Below are positions 41,579 through 49,748 of a stretch of DNA of 64,000 bases, one piece after another (positions within the stretch are counted from its first letter, which is position 1; each line of letters starts with the position of its first letter). The position numbers were made by a program, and so were the translations under genes. This stretch comes from Candidatus Binatia bacterium (lineage in GTDB: Bacteria > Desulfobacterota > Binatia > DP-6). Location of the stretch: NCBI GenBank assembly GCA_036009625.1, contig DASYLJ010000166.1:1703-65702 (forward strand). Reading direction: 5' to 3'. The notes under the pieces were generated by a model, which searched no databases, had not been told where the DNA came from, and saw only the letters and a list, made by a program, of their open reading frames with translations.

Positions 41579-42322
41579 TCATGAAGGATCGCCACGCTGC
41601 TCCGAAAGCTGGGCTCGTAGCGCACGCAGCTCAGCCCGAAGACCGGCGAGATCGGATTCCAGCTTCCTTTCCTCAGGCTCGAGAAACCACGCAGCGATGA
41701 AACCGGTGAAGGTGCCGAACAATCCGACGCCGACGGCCATCAACGCGACGCCGATCACCCGCCCTTCCGATGTCACTGGAAACTTGTCGCCGTAGCCGAC
41801 GGTCGTGATGGTGACGGCCGCCCACCAGAGTGCGTCCTCCGGGCTTTTGATGTTCGACGCTTCGGTGGTCTCCACCTGGAGGATCGCGATGCTGGAGAAC
41901 AACACCATGAGCATCGAGACCAGAGCCACGGCGAGGAACGTACCCTCCGCACGTCGCTCCAGGATGTAGCGCGTCAGCACTTTCGTCGATCGGACGCCGC
42001 GCATGACGCGCAGGAGGCGGACGATTCGCGCCGCGCGACCGACCCGCAGGACGTCGACCATCGGGATACTCGATGCAAGGTCGATCCAACCCCACTTCAG
42101 GTAGTGGAGCGGCTTCTCGGCGCGGACGAGGTCGCGGAAGAAGTCGGCGATGAAGACGAGGCAGACGCCCGTATCGGCGTATCCCAGGAGCGTCTTGGTG
42201 TCTTCCGACAAGGGTAAGAACGTCTCCGCCGCGAGGGCCACCAGCACGTAGGCGCAGAGGACCAGCATGAAGGGCTCGTACGGACCAGGGTGTCGGGCGA
42301 TGGCGCCCGCCGAGCGCGCCAT
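41579..42322 (-). CDS. voltage-gated-type potassium channel (6-TM ion transport protein)
   Basis: Selectivity filter TITTVGYGD. S4-like segment RVGRAARIVRLLRVMRGVRSTK. C-terminal coiled coil. Start taken at the ATG at 42320-42322; the track ORF extends to 42685, and the true start could be an upstream alternative codon. Confidence 0.85.
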   Translation of the reverse strand: MARSAGAIARHPGPYEPFMLVLCAYVLVALAAETFLPLSEDTKTLLGYADTGVCLVFIADFFRDLVRAEKPLHYLKWGWIDLASSIPMVDVLRVGRAARIVRLLRVMRGVRSTKVLTRYILERRAEGTFLAVALVSMLMVLFSSIAILQVETTEASNIKSPEDALWWAAVTITTVGYGDKFPVTSEGRVIGVALMAVGVGLFGTFTGFIAAWFLEPEERKLESDLAGLRAELRALRAQLSEQRGDPS

Positions 42323-43162
42323 CAGAAATGCCGGGGACTGTCGGTATGAGGCACCCGATCGGCCTTCGCGCCACCGCGTTGCTCGGTCTCGATGTCCCCA
42401 GACGTCGTGCACTGACTCACCCAGCCGGCGGTCGTGCCAATCCTGCTCGGCACCCGGGCGCGTCCAACCGCGTCGGTGCGCACGTAGCGACGAGGGTCCG
42501 TACGAGCGGTTGGGGCGAAGCAGCGTGGCGCGAGCGCCGCGCTGGCGATGAGCGGGGGGAGCTGGTTCGACATGGCGTCGTGATACCGCACTCCGCCAGA
42601 TATCCGTCAAGCTGCGCATGCGTAGTGGTGGGGCCGTCGTGTGGACCACCCGCGGTCGGGTCACGAGGTCGGTCGGGCGGCGCACAGGAGCGAGGTCGTC
42701 ACGGTACGTGGGCGAGGGCTCGACGGTTAGAAAAGCGTAGACGTACCGTCACGGTCGCAGCGTCGGAGCCGGTGTTACCAACGGAGGTATGCGCGTGATC
42801 TTCGCTGGGGAGTACGTGGTGGGACGACCGGGGAGCCCCGGCGTGTTGCGACCACAAGCCACGACGGCGGGGCCGCGAAACGGCGGGGCTCCCGAGCGGC
42901 TCCGGCAGCTTGAACACTGCCAACCGATGGCCTGACGACGGAGGCCGAGTATCAGGGGCGTCACCAGCGGATCATTGACGGACGCTGATCGAGAACGAAG
43001 AGAGCGTCGTCGGTCGGAAGGTTCTCCACGTGCGCGTGTCGTGCCAGCCCGACGTTGGTCTTGCGGGATGCGCGCGTCGATTCGAAGGCACTGCTTCGCC
43101 TGGTTCTCACGGATCGCCCAATGGCGCGGATCGTGCCAGGACTCGAGATCAGCGGAGGCTGA

Positions 43163-43217
43163 GTGCCGAGGAGGGGATTCGAACCCCTACGCCCTTTCGG
43201 ACTGCGGATTTTGAGTC
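43163..43217 (-). repeat. att core copy: orphan 3' half of tRNA-Leu(CAA)
   Basis: gtgccgaggaggggattcgaacccctacgccctttcggactgcggattttgagtc is identical to 62039-62093 except for one T-loop base (43178 t versus 62054 a). It lacks the tRNA 5' half: the sequence diverges immediately after gagtc. Confidence 0.9.
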
Positions 43218-43310
43218 TGAATACGGCGCTCTCAGTGCAACGAATGCAACTCATCATCGAGGAAGTTCGCTCAGTTATGTCGCAATCGAATGCCTGATTG
43301 TTGCATGCGG

Positions 43311-43340
43311 TTGCATGACAATCCGCTCAAAACCCACACA
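43311..43340 (+). repeat. 30-bp direct repeat, candidate integrase arm-type site (int-proximal)
   Basis: ttgcatgacaatccgctcaaaacccacaca matches 61948-61977 at 29/30 positions. It lies 93 nt inside the left att core, upstream of int. Confidence 0.6.
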
Positions 43341-43435
43341 TAAACCCTTTAGCGACAATGGGTTGACGATACGTATGCCGCGAAATGTCAGTAAATCGAT
43401 TGTGCGGGTTAATCCGCTCTGCCATATCGAGGTGC

Positions 43436-44539
43436 ATGACGGCACGAGCGTATGGGGACGGACGGGTCATTCTGCGAGGCAGCGTTTACCACTACGACTT
43501 CTGGTTGGAGGGGAAGAACTATCGGGGGAGCGCGAAGACGGGCGACCGAGACGCGGCCGAGCGCTACCTGGCGCGGGAGCGAGAGAGAGCGCACAAGGTC
43601 GACTACCTCGCCCCCCGAACGAAGACGGTGACTCTCGAAACCCTGCGCGAGATTGTTGCCGCCGACTACAAGCGAAAAGAGAACAAGTCCCTCCGCCGGG
43701 TCGCCGAGTGTTACGCCCGCCTCGCGGATGTCTTCTCCAGGGTGAAGGCCACTCAGATAACAACCGAACGGTTGGAGCGCTACACCGCTGGACGCATCGA
43801 CGAGAAGGCCAAGCCCGCGACGATTAACTATGAACTGGCGTTGCTTCGTCGCGGCTTCCGACTTGCCGTGCGCAACAAGCGCCTCCCCCAAGCCGCTATA
43901 CCGTTCTTTCCCATGCTCGCGGTCAACAACGTCCGAACCGGATTCATCGATGCGGCCGACTTCGACGCCTTGATTGCGGAGCTACGCACCAAGAGGCCCG
44001 TCATCGCGGACGCGTGCGAATTTGCCTATGCGACGTTGGCACGCCGAGAGAACACCTTGGGGGCGCAGTGGACGTGGTTCGATTTGGATATCGTGAAGGG
44101 CCAGGTCGTCGGCGGATGCGTCAGGATACCTGGGGTGGAAACCAAGAACGGGAGTCCCCTCGACATTCCCTTGGGACCGGCGGTGCTCCCGGTCATTCAG
44201 CGCCGCTGGGTCGAGCGCATTCCCGAGTGCCCCTATGTGTTCCATCGTCAGGGGAAGCGCATCACGCATTTTAAGCAGCGGTGGAGCGCGGCGTGCGAGG
44301 CCATCGGCTTTCCTGGGCTCCTATTCCACGACTTCCGTCGCTCCGGGGCGAGGAATCTCCGGAGGGCGGGGGTGCCGGAAACCGTCATTATGGCAATGGG
44401 CGGATGGAAGACCCGCGCCATGTTCATTCGATACGGCATCGTAGACACGGAGGAGTTGTCGGACGCGCAGGCGCAACTTGCTACCTTCCTCGTTGCGGCG
44501 CGTGCGAAGGGCCGCAAGGTCGTCTCAGCCCGCCTTTAG
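43436..44539 (+). CDS. int: tyrosine-type site-specific recombinase (phage integrase family)
   Basis: The C-terminal catalytic region is LLFHDFRRSGARNLRRAGVPETVIMAMGGWKTRAMFIRYGIV (HxxR...Y). The N-terminal SAM-like region is GKNYRGSAKTGDRDAAERYL. The ATG at 43436 has a gaggtg SD; an alternative ATG is at 43385. Confidence 0.9.
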   Translation: MTARAYGDGRVILRGSVYHYDFWLEGKNYRGSAKTGDRDAAERYLARERERAHKVDYLAPRTKTVTLETLREIVAADYKRKENKSLRRVAECYARLADVFSRVKATQITTERLERYTAGRIDEKAKPATINYELALLRRGFRLAVRNKRLPQAAIPFFPMLAVNNVRTGFIDAADFDALIAELRTKRPVIADACEFAYATLARRENTLGAQWTWFDLDIVKGQVVGGCVRIPGVETKNGSPLDIPLGPAVLPVIQRRWVERIPECPYVFHRQGKRITHFKQRWSAACEAIGFPGLLFHDFRRSGARNLRRAGVPETVIMAMGGWKTRAMFIRYGIVDTEELSDAQAQLATFLVAARAKGRKVVSARL

Positions 44540-44800
44540 GAACCTCTCAAACTTCGACTCCACGACCATCGTGCGTCCACCAATGGTCTTAAAAAAGGGG
44601 AGGGTGCCCGCATGGGCATGCCGTCCCAGGGTCGAGCGATGCACCCCCATCCGCCGGGCGGCTTCAGCGATACTTAAACAGCGCTCAGGACGTGGAGCGG
44701 GCGGGATGGGGTGTTCCTCTCGATGTCCTGCCAACTGCGCCTGAGCGACCGCCCCAAGGGCTATCAACTGGCGTAGTGTCGTCTCGTCGAAGGACGGCAC
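44525..44800 (-). CDS. xis: excisionase-family / MerR-like helix-turn-helix DNA-binding protein
   Basis: LSIAEAARRMGVHRSTLGRHAHAGTLPFFKTIGGRTMVVESKFERFL resembles the excisionase-type HTH (TIGR01764-like). It is convergent with and overlaps the 3' end of int by 15 nt. Confidence 0.7.
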   Translation of the reverse strand: MPSFDETTLRQLIALGAVAQAQLAGHREEHPIPPAPRPERCLSIAEAARRMGVHRSTLGRHAHAGTLPFFKTIGGRTMVVESKFERFLKAG

Positions 44801-44899
44801 GTCTTCGATTGCTGGCAGGGTAAGCGAACGCGGTTGGGGCTGGGCTCGCGTTAAGCCCGGATGTGTTGGCGATGCATCTTGGGTACCTCCGATACCATC

Positions 44900-45388
44900 C
44901 TAGACGGCCTGCGGAACGCGGCGCCGGCCTTGGGGGAACGGACTGCCCGTCGAGCGCGGGGGCAGGTCCATGGCGCGGGCGACGGAGGGCAGTCGCACGG
45001 GTATGGCTGCTACGCCATCGCCCATCACGACCGCGTAAAAGTGACCCTCCGGGGGCGGCGTCGCGTCGTTGCGCGCGGGGTCGGTCAAGTTCTTCAGGAT
45101 GGGCCACGTAATCGGCAAGAGGAGACACCGCTTGCCGTCGCGCACCTCATAGACGCTGTCGACGTCGGCTTGCACCTCACGCGCCAGCACCAACGTCGTA
45201 TCCTGATACCCCGTGCCGAGGGAGGTATCCGGGGGCACAACCGCCACCCCAATCACGTCCTCGTCTTCCTCGCGGGCCTCCACGAACATCGCGACCATGC
45301 GGGGGAACCACGTCTTCAACGTCTTCTGCGACCACGCCTTGCGAGGGTTCCTGGTCCGCTCCGCTGCCCGCCGCTGTCGCCGGTTCAT
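44900..45388 (-). CDS. hypothetical protein (element leftward operon)
   Basis: Trimmed to the ATG at 45386-45388 (MNRRQRRAAERTRNPRKAWSQKTLKTWFPRMVAMFVEAREEDEDV...). Coding-like composition. No family recognised. Confidence 0.5.
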   Translation of the reverse strand: MNRRQRRAAERTRNPRKAWSQKTLKTWFPRMVAMFVEAREEDEDVIGVAVVPPDTSLGTGYQDTTLVLAREVQADVDSVYEVRDGKRCLLLPITWPILKNLTDPARNDATPPPEGHFYAVVMGDGVAAIPVRLPSVARAMDLPPRSTGSPFPQGRRRVPQAV

Positions 45389-45417
45389 CCCACCACCATC
45401 CCGCCGTCGGAGGGACC

Positions 45418-45762
45418 TTACTGAATCGAGGGCATCGGCCAGCCGATGACCCCCACCAACTCCCAGCGGTCGAACACGAGTTGAACGAACCGGTTCGGCA
45501 CCTCCAGGGGAAGGTACGGATGCCGATTGCGGAAACTGCTGGGGAACCACGTCGCAGTCCACATTTCCGGACCCTTCAACTGCATGTGAACCAGCTCACC
45601 GTCCTCCATGTTGGTTTCAACGACCTGGGGCACCGCGCCGTGAAACACGCTCTGCCCCCCCGCGACCAACTCGGCCATGTCATCGTACATCTCGGCCAGC
45701 TCCGGGTGCGTGTGAATATCTTCCGCATCCACCTCGACGTACTGCACTTCGTCCATTTGCAT
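45418..45762 (-). CDS. hypothetical acidic protein
   Basis: Start at the ATG at 45760-45762 (MQMDEVQYVEVDAEDIHTHPELAEMYDDMAELVAGGQ...). No family recognised. Confidence 0.5.
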   Translation of the reverse strand: MQMDEVQYVEVDAEDIHTHPELAEMYDDMAELVAGGQSVFHGAVPQVVETNMEDGELVHMQLKGPEMWTATWFPSSFRNRHPYLPLEVPNRFVQLVFDRWELVGVIGWPMPSIQ

Positions 45763-46014
45763 CCCCTTTCGACGTCGGGCCTCCTCAGACGCCCGACGCT
45801 CTGCGATTGCTCCGCACCACCCCACTCCTCTCCATGGGCGCGACCCAATCAGAGGCCTTCCCGCTCGTCAAGTAGGGTCATTTCTGGCTGTCAGCGCCTA
45901 TTTCTTTAGCGCATCATAGCGTCTAGGTGCGAGACTACGCGGCACGTCGAGTCGCGGAGGTGGCTCCAAAGTCAGCTATTGCCCGCGGCTCGCAATAGCT
46001 TTCTGGTGCTACAC

Positions 46015-46440
46015 CTACGGGACTTCGAACAGGACATGCGAGGGGAACGCCCCTGGGACGAAGGGCAGGCCGCACACCGCATCACCCCCGACGAATACGG
46101 GTCCAGGCCATCGCCGGGGGAATGCCGTCATGCCGGCCGGGAGGACGCACCGCCCGCCATGGGCGAATCCACATCCGGTGGACCACTCGCCATCACGGGC
46201 GCGACCGCTGGCGCCTCCTTCCAGCGTTCCGTCCAACTGGCACTCGCCCCTTATGCGCCCCCGGACGACGCCGCCGGTACATGTCTCCGGCTTGCACCGA
46301 AAATGCCCCTTGAACTTCCCGTACCGGAATCGAACGCGAAACGTCGCCACCCCACCAGCAAAGATGCCCGGGCGGCGCACGGCCTCCGCCGTCCCTGCGG
46401 AGAGGAGCACCAGAGCAAGCAAAGCCAGCGCGGTCCGCAT
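46015..46440 (-). CDS. hypothetical secreted protein
   Basis: Start at the ATG at 46438-46440 gives signal peptide MRTALALLALVLLSAGTAEA. The mature part has 6 Cys (FRCKPETCTGG...GECQLDG...TGCGF...GRCVL...AVCGL). Confidence 0.55.
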   Translation of the reverse strand: MRTALALLALVLLSAGTAEAVRRPGIFAGGVATFRVRFRYGKFKGHFRCKPETCTGGVVRGRIRGECQLDGTLEGGASGRARDGEWSTGCGFAHGGRCVLPAGMTAFPRRWPGPVFVGGDAVCGLPFVPGAFPSHVLFEVP

Positions 46441-46473
46441 CGAGCGCACGCTATCAATGTCGTTCGCCACTGC

Positions 46474-46668
46474 TCAACACCTTTTGTTCACCACGCAGAA
46501 ATGAGCCCGGTAGCGGACGTTTCGCACGTAGATTCGCCCCCGCGTGTCGGGTTCGGTTTCGACGACAATCGGGATGCCGTGCCGGAGGTAGAGATGTACC
46601 ACCGGGCGGCCACATCGCACGCACGGGTCGGCGGTGAACGGCGGACTCAGGGGCTTGGGTGCCATCAT
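46474..46668 (-). CDS. small hypothetical protein
   Basis: 64-aa ORF. Its ATG overlaps the stop of the upstream ORF (ATGA at 46665-46668), which suggests translational coupling. Confidence 0.45.
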   Translation of the reverse strand: MMAPKPLSPPFTADPCVRCGRPVVHLYLRHGIPIVVETEPDTRGRIYVRNVRYRAHFCVVNKRC

Positions 46669-46979
46669 CGAGCGACCCGGCGAGGAGGAGTGCAGGAATG
46701 CACCTCCTCGGCTTTAACCATCGCGGCATCGACCGCGAGGCCGACGATATCGAGGATGGCGGGTAGGACCGACGTCGGGAGGACGATGGTGGTTGGTGTA
46801 ACGCCTTGGGGCGTCGTGAAGGTCACGGTGAGGTTGGGGCCGCCTGATGCGGGGTCCCAGGTGAGGTCGGCTCGTGCGCCCGTGCTGTACGTGACGGTCG
46901 CGGAATAGGAACTGATGTCGAGGAGCATACTCGTGCCTTCAGTGGATGGTTTCGGCGTCGCCGTCATCGCACCACTCAC
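46665..46979 (-). CDS. small hypothetical protein
   Basis: 104-aa ORF. The GTG at 46977-46979 overlaps the primase-helicase stop (GTGA); an alternative ATG is at 46967. Confidence 0.45.
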   Translation of the reverse strand: MSGAMTATPKPSTEGTSMLLDISSYSATVTYSTGARADLTWDPASGGPNLTVTFTTPQGVTPTTIVLPTSVLPAILDIVGLAVDAAMVKAEEVHSCTPPRRVAR

Positions 46980-48820
46980 AGAGCGGGAACGACGGGTCGC
47001 GGCGGTTGAAATTGCAGTCTGGACAGAGGGGGCCGTTCGGAGGTCCGTCCGGTCCCGTGAGACTGATGTCCAAGATACGTCTCGGGATGCGACTCACGTC
47101 TCACCCCTAAGGGGTGTGAGACGTGTGAGACGCTCAATCCAACCGTCTCATGCGTCTCATGAGACGCATATGAGACGCGAGACGCATTGTGGGGGAGTGA
47201 CCACACCATGGCTTTGGGCGGTCCGGTGTGGAGCGCGCCGAGTTCCTTGGCCGCGCGGTTTACGGTCGCACGGGAGCCGCCAATCGCGGCTTGGACCTGG
47301 CTCGTGGTGCGCCCTTCTGGATGGGTGCGGAGGAGGTCACGGAACCTGCCCGCGTAGCCTACGGGCTCCCGGTCAACGGGCAGGCCATCGACGAGAACGG
47401 CCGACGAGATTTCCTCACCGCGACTATTCGCCCCAAGCTCTTGCGTGAAGAGCTTCAGACCGATGGCAGGGAACCCCTCCGCGTTCTTCTGTTTGGTGCA
47501 AGTGATGGTGACGTTGCGGTCGGCCTTCGTCACCTTGAACATGGTGTCAGCCGCGCCCGCCAGCGCGGTCGAGCCGCGAAGTTCACCGCTCTTCCCCGCG
47601 TGGTGGACGATAAGAACTGAGGCCCCGTATTGCTTCCGCAGGGTGTCCGCGGCGGCGACCGCCACGCCCATATCCGTTGCGCCGTTCTCCTCTCCTCCGA
47701 CCATCGAGCGCGCCAACGTATCCACGACGATGAGTTGCGGCGGTACCGGGAGGTCGGCAACTGCATCCACGATGCCTGACACGTCCCCCGTGTCGAGGAG
47801 ATTAACGGCGTCCCGCACGAACGCGACGTTTGCCTTCGCGATGCCGTGCCTCCGCTTCCACGCGTTCACGCGGAGCTTGATACCGCCCATGCCCTCGCCC
47901 GCGATGTAGACCACCGGCCCTTGCGCGACTGCGTGACCGTGCCAGGGAATCCCCGACCCGATGCAGAGCGCCATATCGAGCGCGACGAACGATTTCCCGA
48001 CGCCCGGCGCACCGAAGCACACCCCAAAGCTATCCCGCGCGAGGATGTTACCGACCAACGGCTCCGGCTCGGGTGTCGACTCCATGCCGTCATCCCAGAG
48101 CAGGCGATACTTGCACGGCTTGCTGACCAGGGCGCGTAGCTCGGCATCTGTGCAGAGACAGTTCGCCGCATCGCCGGCCTTTGGCGCATCTGGCCACACG
48201 ACAATGCGCGACCGACCACCCAGTGCCGTGAGCCTGTCGGCAATCCTACCCATATGCTTGCGGCCGGGTTCATCGTTGTCAGGCCACAGCGCCACGTCGA
48301 AGCCCAACAGCACCCGCAGGGAGTCGTCATTGGGAATCGATGCCGCGCCCGTTACCGTTCCCACCGCGAGGACGCCCCGTGCGGTTAAGGCGTCGCAGGC
48401 GGGCTCGCCCTCCGTGACAACCACCGTTGCCCCAGGTCGTGCGGTGGCGAGCGCTTCCGCGTGGTAGAGCGGCAGAGCGGTCGTGACCGTGCCGGTAGGC
48501 CAGTAGACTTTCTTGTGGATATTGGGGTTGGCGTAGTCGAGCCGCGTGTGCAGGACGGTGCCCACGGGCCATAGCCGCTCGCGAATAGGGTTATCGAGCG
48601 CGTCGGGGGACGCTAAGTCCTTCCAATCGCCGCCCCATGCCTTAAGAATGGCGGGGTATCGACACCCCGCTCGACAGAAGAGCGTAATGCCCCCATTGTT
48701 ACCTGCATCGATTTTGAGGGATGGCGTCGTGTCGTCATGGGCAGGACACAGGACCACGTACCCGTCCCCTTCCGGCTTGGCGCCTTGGAATGTTGCGGCG
48801 ATTTGTGCTACAGTCTTCAT
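46976..48820 (-). CDS. bifunctional primase (zinc-finger + Toprim) / RepA-DnaB-like helicase (AAA_25-type)
   Basis: MKTVAQIAATFQGAKPEGDGYVVLCPAHDDTTPSLKI...FCRAGC (zinc finger). VVVTEGEPACDAL...ALWPDNDEPGRKH (Toprim E...DxD). FGAPGVGKSFVALDMAL (Walker A). LIVVDTLAR (Walker B-like). SVLIVHHAGK. Confidence 0.85.
   Translation of the reverse strand: MKTVAQIAATFQGAKPEGDGYVVLCPAHDDTTPSLKIDAGNNGGITLFCRAGCRYPAILKAWGGDWKDLASPDALDNPIRERLWPVGTVLHTRLDYANPNIHKKVYWPTGTVTTALPLYHAEALATARPGATVVVTEGEPACDALTARGVLAVGTVTGAASIPNDDSLRVLLGFDVALWPDNDEPGRKHMGRIADRLTALGGRSRIVVWPDAPKAGDAANCLCTDAELRALVSKPCKYRLLWDDGMESTPEPEPLVGNILARDSFGVCFGAPGVGKSFVALDMALCIGSGIPWHGHAVAQGPVVYIAGEGMGGIKLRVNAWKRRHGIAKANVAFVRDAVNLLDTGDVSGIVDAVADLPVPPQLIVVDTLARSMVGGEENGATDMGVAVAAADTLRKQYGASVLIVHHAGKSGELRGSTALAGAADTMFKVTKADRNVTITCTKQKNAEGFPAIGLKLFTQELGANSRGEEISSAVLVDGLPVDREPVGYAGRFRDLLRTHPEGRTTSQVQAAIGGSRATVNRAAKELGALHTGPPKAMVWSLPHNASRVSYASHETHETVGLSVSHVSHPLGVRRESHPETYLGHQSHGTGRTSERPPLSRLQFQPPRPVVPAL
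47078..47185. repeat. iteron cluster: at least 9 copies of (T)GAGACG(C)/CGTCTC(A) in both orientations, candidate replication origin
   Basis: cgtctc at 47078 and 47097. tgagacg at 47117 and 47126. cgtctca at 47144 and 47153 (the 8-mer gcgtctca begins at 47152). tgagacgc at 47160 and 47171. gagacgc at 47179. The cluster includes the perfect 16-bp palindrome gcgtctcatgagacgc (47152-47167). It lies within the 3' tail of the primase-helicase ORF. Confidence 0.6.
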
Positions 48821-48939
48821 TGTAAGTATCTCACTTGCCCGACTTCGTCCTCGGGCCTCTCTCATCCGCTGACTACCTCGTGGCGCCCTCCAGCCCGCGG
48901 GGTAGTTGAGTTTTGAGCGTTATGGGTTGATGTGTGGGG

Positions 48940-49353
48940 CTACGATTGAGGCGCGTCGAGGCAGTAGAGGTCATAGAGCGCCGCGCGGATGTCCTTGTAG
49001 GTCGGGGGCCGTAGGGTGACACCGAAGCGCATGCGTGAATGCGTGACCCGCTCGCCACACTCCAACCGCTTTCGGTCGAATCGGTGACAGCGGTTCGGGT
49101 CGGGAAAGCCCTCGACTAGGATGAGCTTCGGGGTGCGCGCCACAATCCGATGCGCGTCCCCATCGGCCTCGAAGACGTGGGACCCACGACCCATCGAGGC
49201 AGATGCCTTCCGCCGAAGCCGCGCCTCTGCGTCGAGCACTCGCGCACAGAGCCTCCGCTCTAGCGCTAGCTCCTCGGGCGTCATGCTCTGCGAAAGGGCC
49301 AGCCCTTCAGCGGGGTCGGACCTCTCGGACGTGTGGTCGGGTGTCACTGGCAT
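48940..49353 (-). CDS. hypothetical protein
   Basis: 137-aa ORF that overlaps the stop of the upstream RHH gene by 10 nt. No family recognised. Confidence 0.5.
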   Translation of the reverse strand: MPVTPDHTSERSDPAEGLALSQSMTPEELALERRLCARVLDAEARLRRKASASMGRGSHVFEADGDAHRIVARTPKLILVEGFPDPNRCHRFDRKRLECGERVTHSRMRFGVTLRPPTYKDIRAALYDLYCLDAPQS

Positions 49354-49541
49354 CGCTCCTCGTTGGGGTTTGGGGTCAGGGTTTCCGCCACGAGACGGGC
49401 CACGGCTTCTCGAATCAGGACACTCGGCGGCTGCCCCCGCCGCATCGATGCGGCCTGGAGTAGCGCGAGGTCTTGAGGCAGGAGGCCAAAGGACGTCGTC
49501 ACAAGGCGGGGCTTATTGCTGTAGCGTGCGTGAGTGTTCAT
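49344..49541 (-). CDS. ribbon-helix-helix (CopG/Arc-like) DNA-binding protein, candidate element regulator
   Basis: 65 aa. RLVTTSFGLLPQDLALLQAASMRRGQPPSVLIREAVARLV fits the beta-strand, helix, helix RHH pattern. It is the first gene of the leftward operon. Confidence 0.6.
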   Translation of the reverse strand: MNTHARYSNKPRLVTTSFGLLPQDLALLQAASMRRGQPPSVLIREAVARLVAETLTPNPNEERCQ

Positions 49542-49563
49542 TGCTTGTTAACTTAATCATGGG

Positions 49564-49642
49564 CGGATTCGCGGGTGACAGTAAAGGCCCATGAATCGGC
49601 CCGCCCGTGCCGGGCGCAGTTGACTGTCACCCCCCGAATCCG
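49564..49642. promoter_or_regulatory. long imperfect inverted repeat in the divergent control region
   Basis: cggattcgcgggtgacagt (49564-49582) pairs with actgtcaccccccgaatccg (49623-49642). The perfect half-blocks are cggattcg and gggtgacagt, separated by a 40-nt spacer containing a small gcccg/cgggc hairpin. It lies between the RHH gene (minus strand) and the 49749 gene (plus strand). Confidence 0.5.
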
Positions 49643-49748
49643 GAACCATGATGTTTCGCGGATGACGTTGGCGCGGAAGGGGTATCGGTGGGAGCATGCG
49701 GACGCCTGCGGTTCGCAGCGCGACTCCGTGTCCTGCTAACAGGGCGCC

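Noticed and set aside
41579-42685. Full 368-aa track ORF for the K+ channel
   Set aside because: The N-terminal 121 residues are Arg/Pro-rich and precede the first TM helix without any channel-like features, so the gene was trimmed to the ATG at 42322. An alternative upstream non-ATG start cannot be excluded.
42961-43827. ORFs 42961..43257 (minus), 42975..43214 (plus) and 43030..43827 (plus) overlapping the tRNA fragment and att region
   Set aside because: They read through the tRNA-derived repeat and the AT-richer att arm. They show no protein-like features, and the 43030 ORF is out of frame with the integrase.
45974-46000. Perfect 9-bp inverted repeat agctattgc-N9-gcaatagct downstream of gene 46015-46440, considered as an intrinsic terminator
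   Set aside because: There is no U-tract on the relevant (minus) strand, and both flanking genes appear to be in one leftward operon. I keep it only as a possible attenuator or processing site and do not report it as a feature.
45979-46908. 309-aa plus-strand ORF in the element
   Set aside because: It is antisense to three or four translationally coupled minus-strand genes, one of which has a clean signal peptide. The composition is Arg/Pro/Ala-rich.
47078-47185. The GAGACG repeat cluster as a CRISPR array or tandem-repeat VNTR
   Set aside because: The units are only 6-8 nt, occur in both orientations, and lack regular spacers of 25-40 nt. No cas genes are present. An iteron/origin interpretation fits better.
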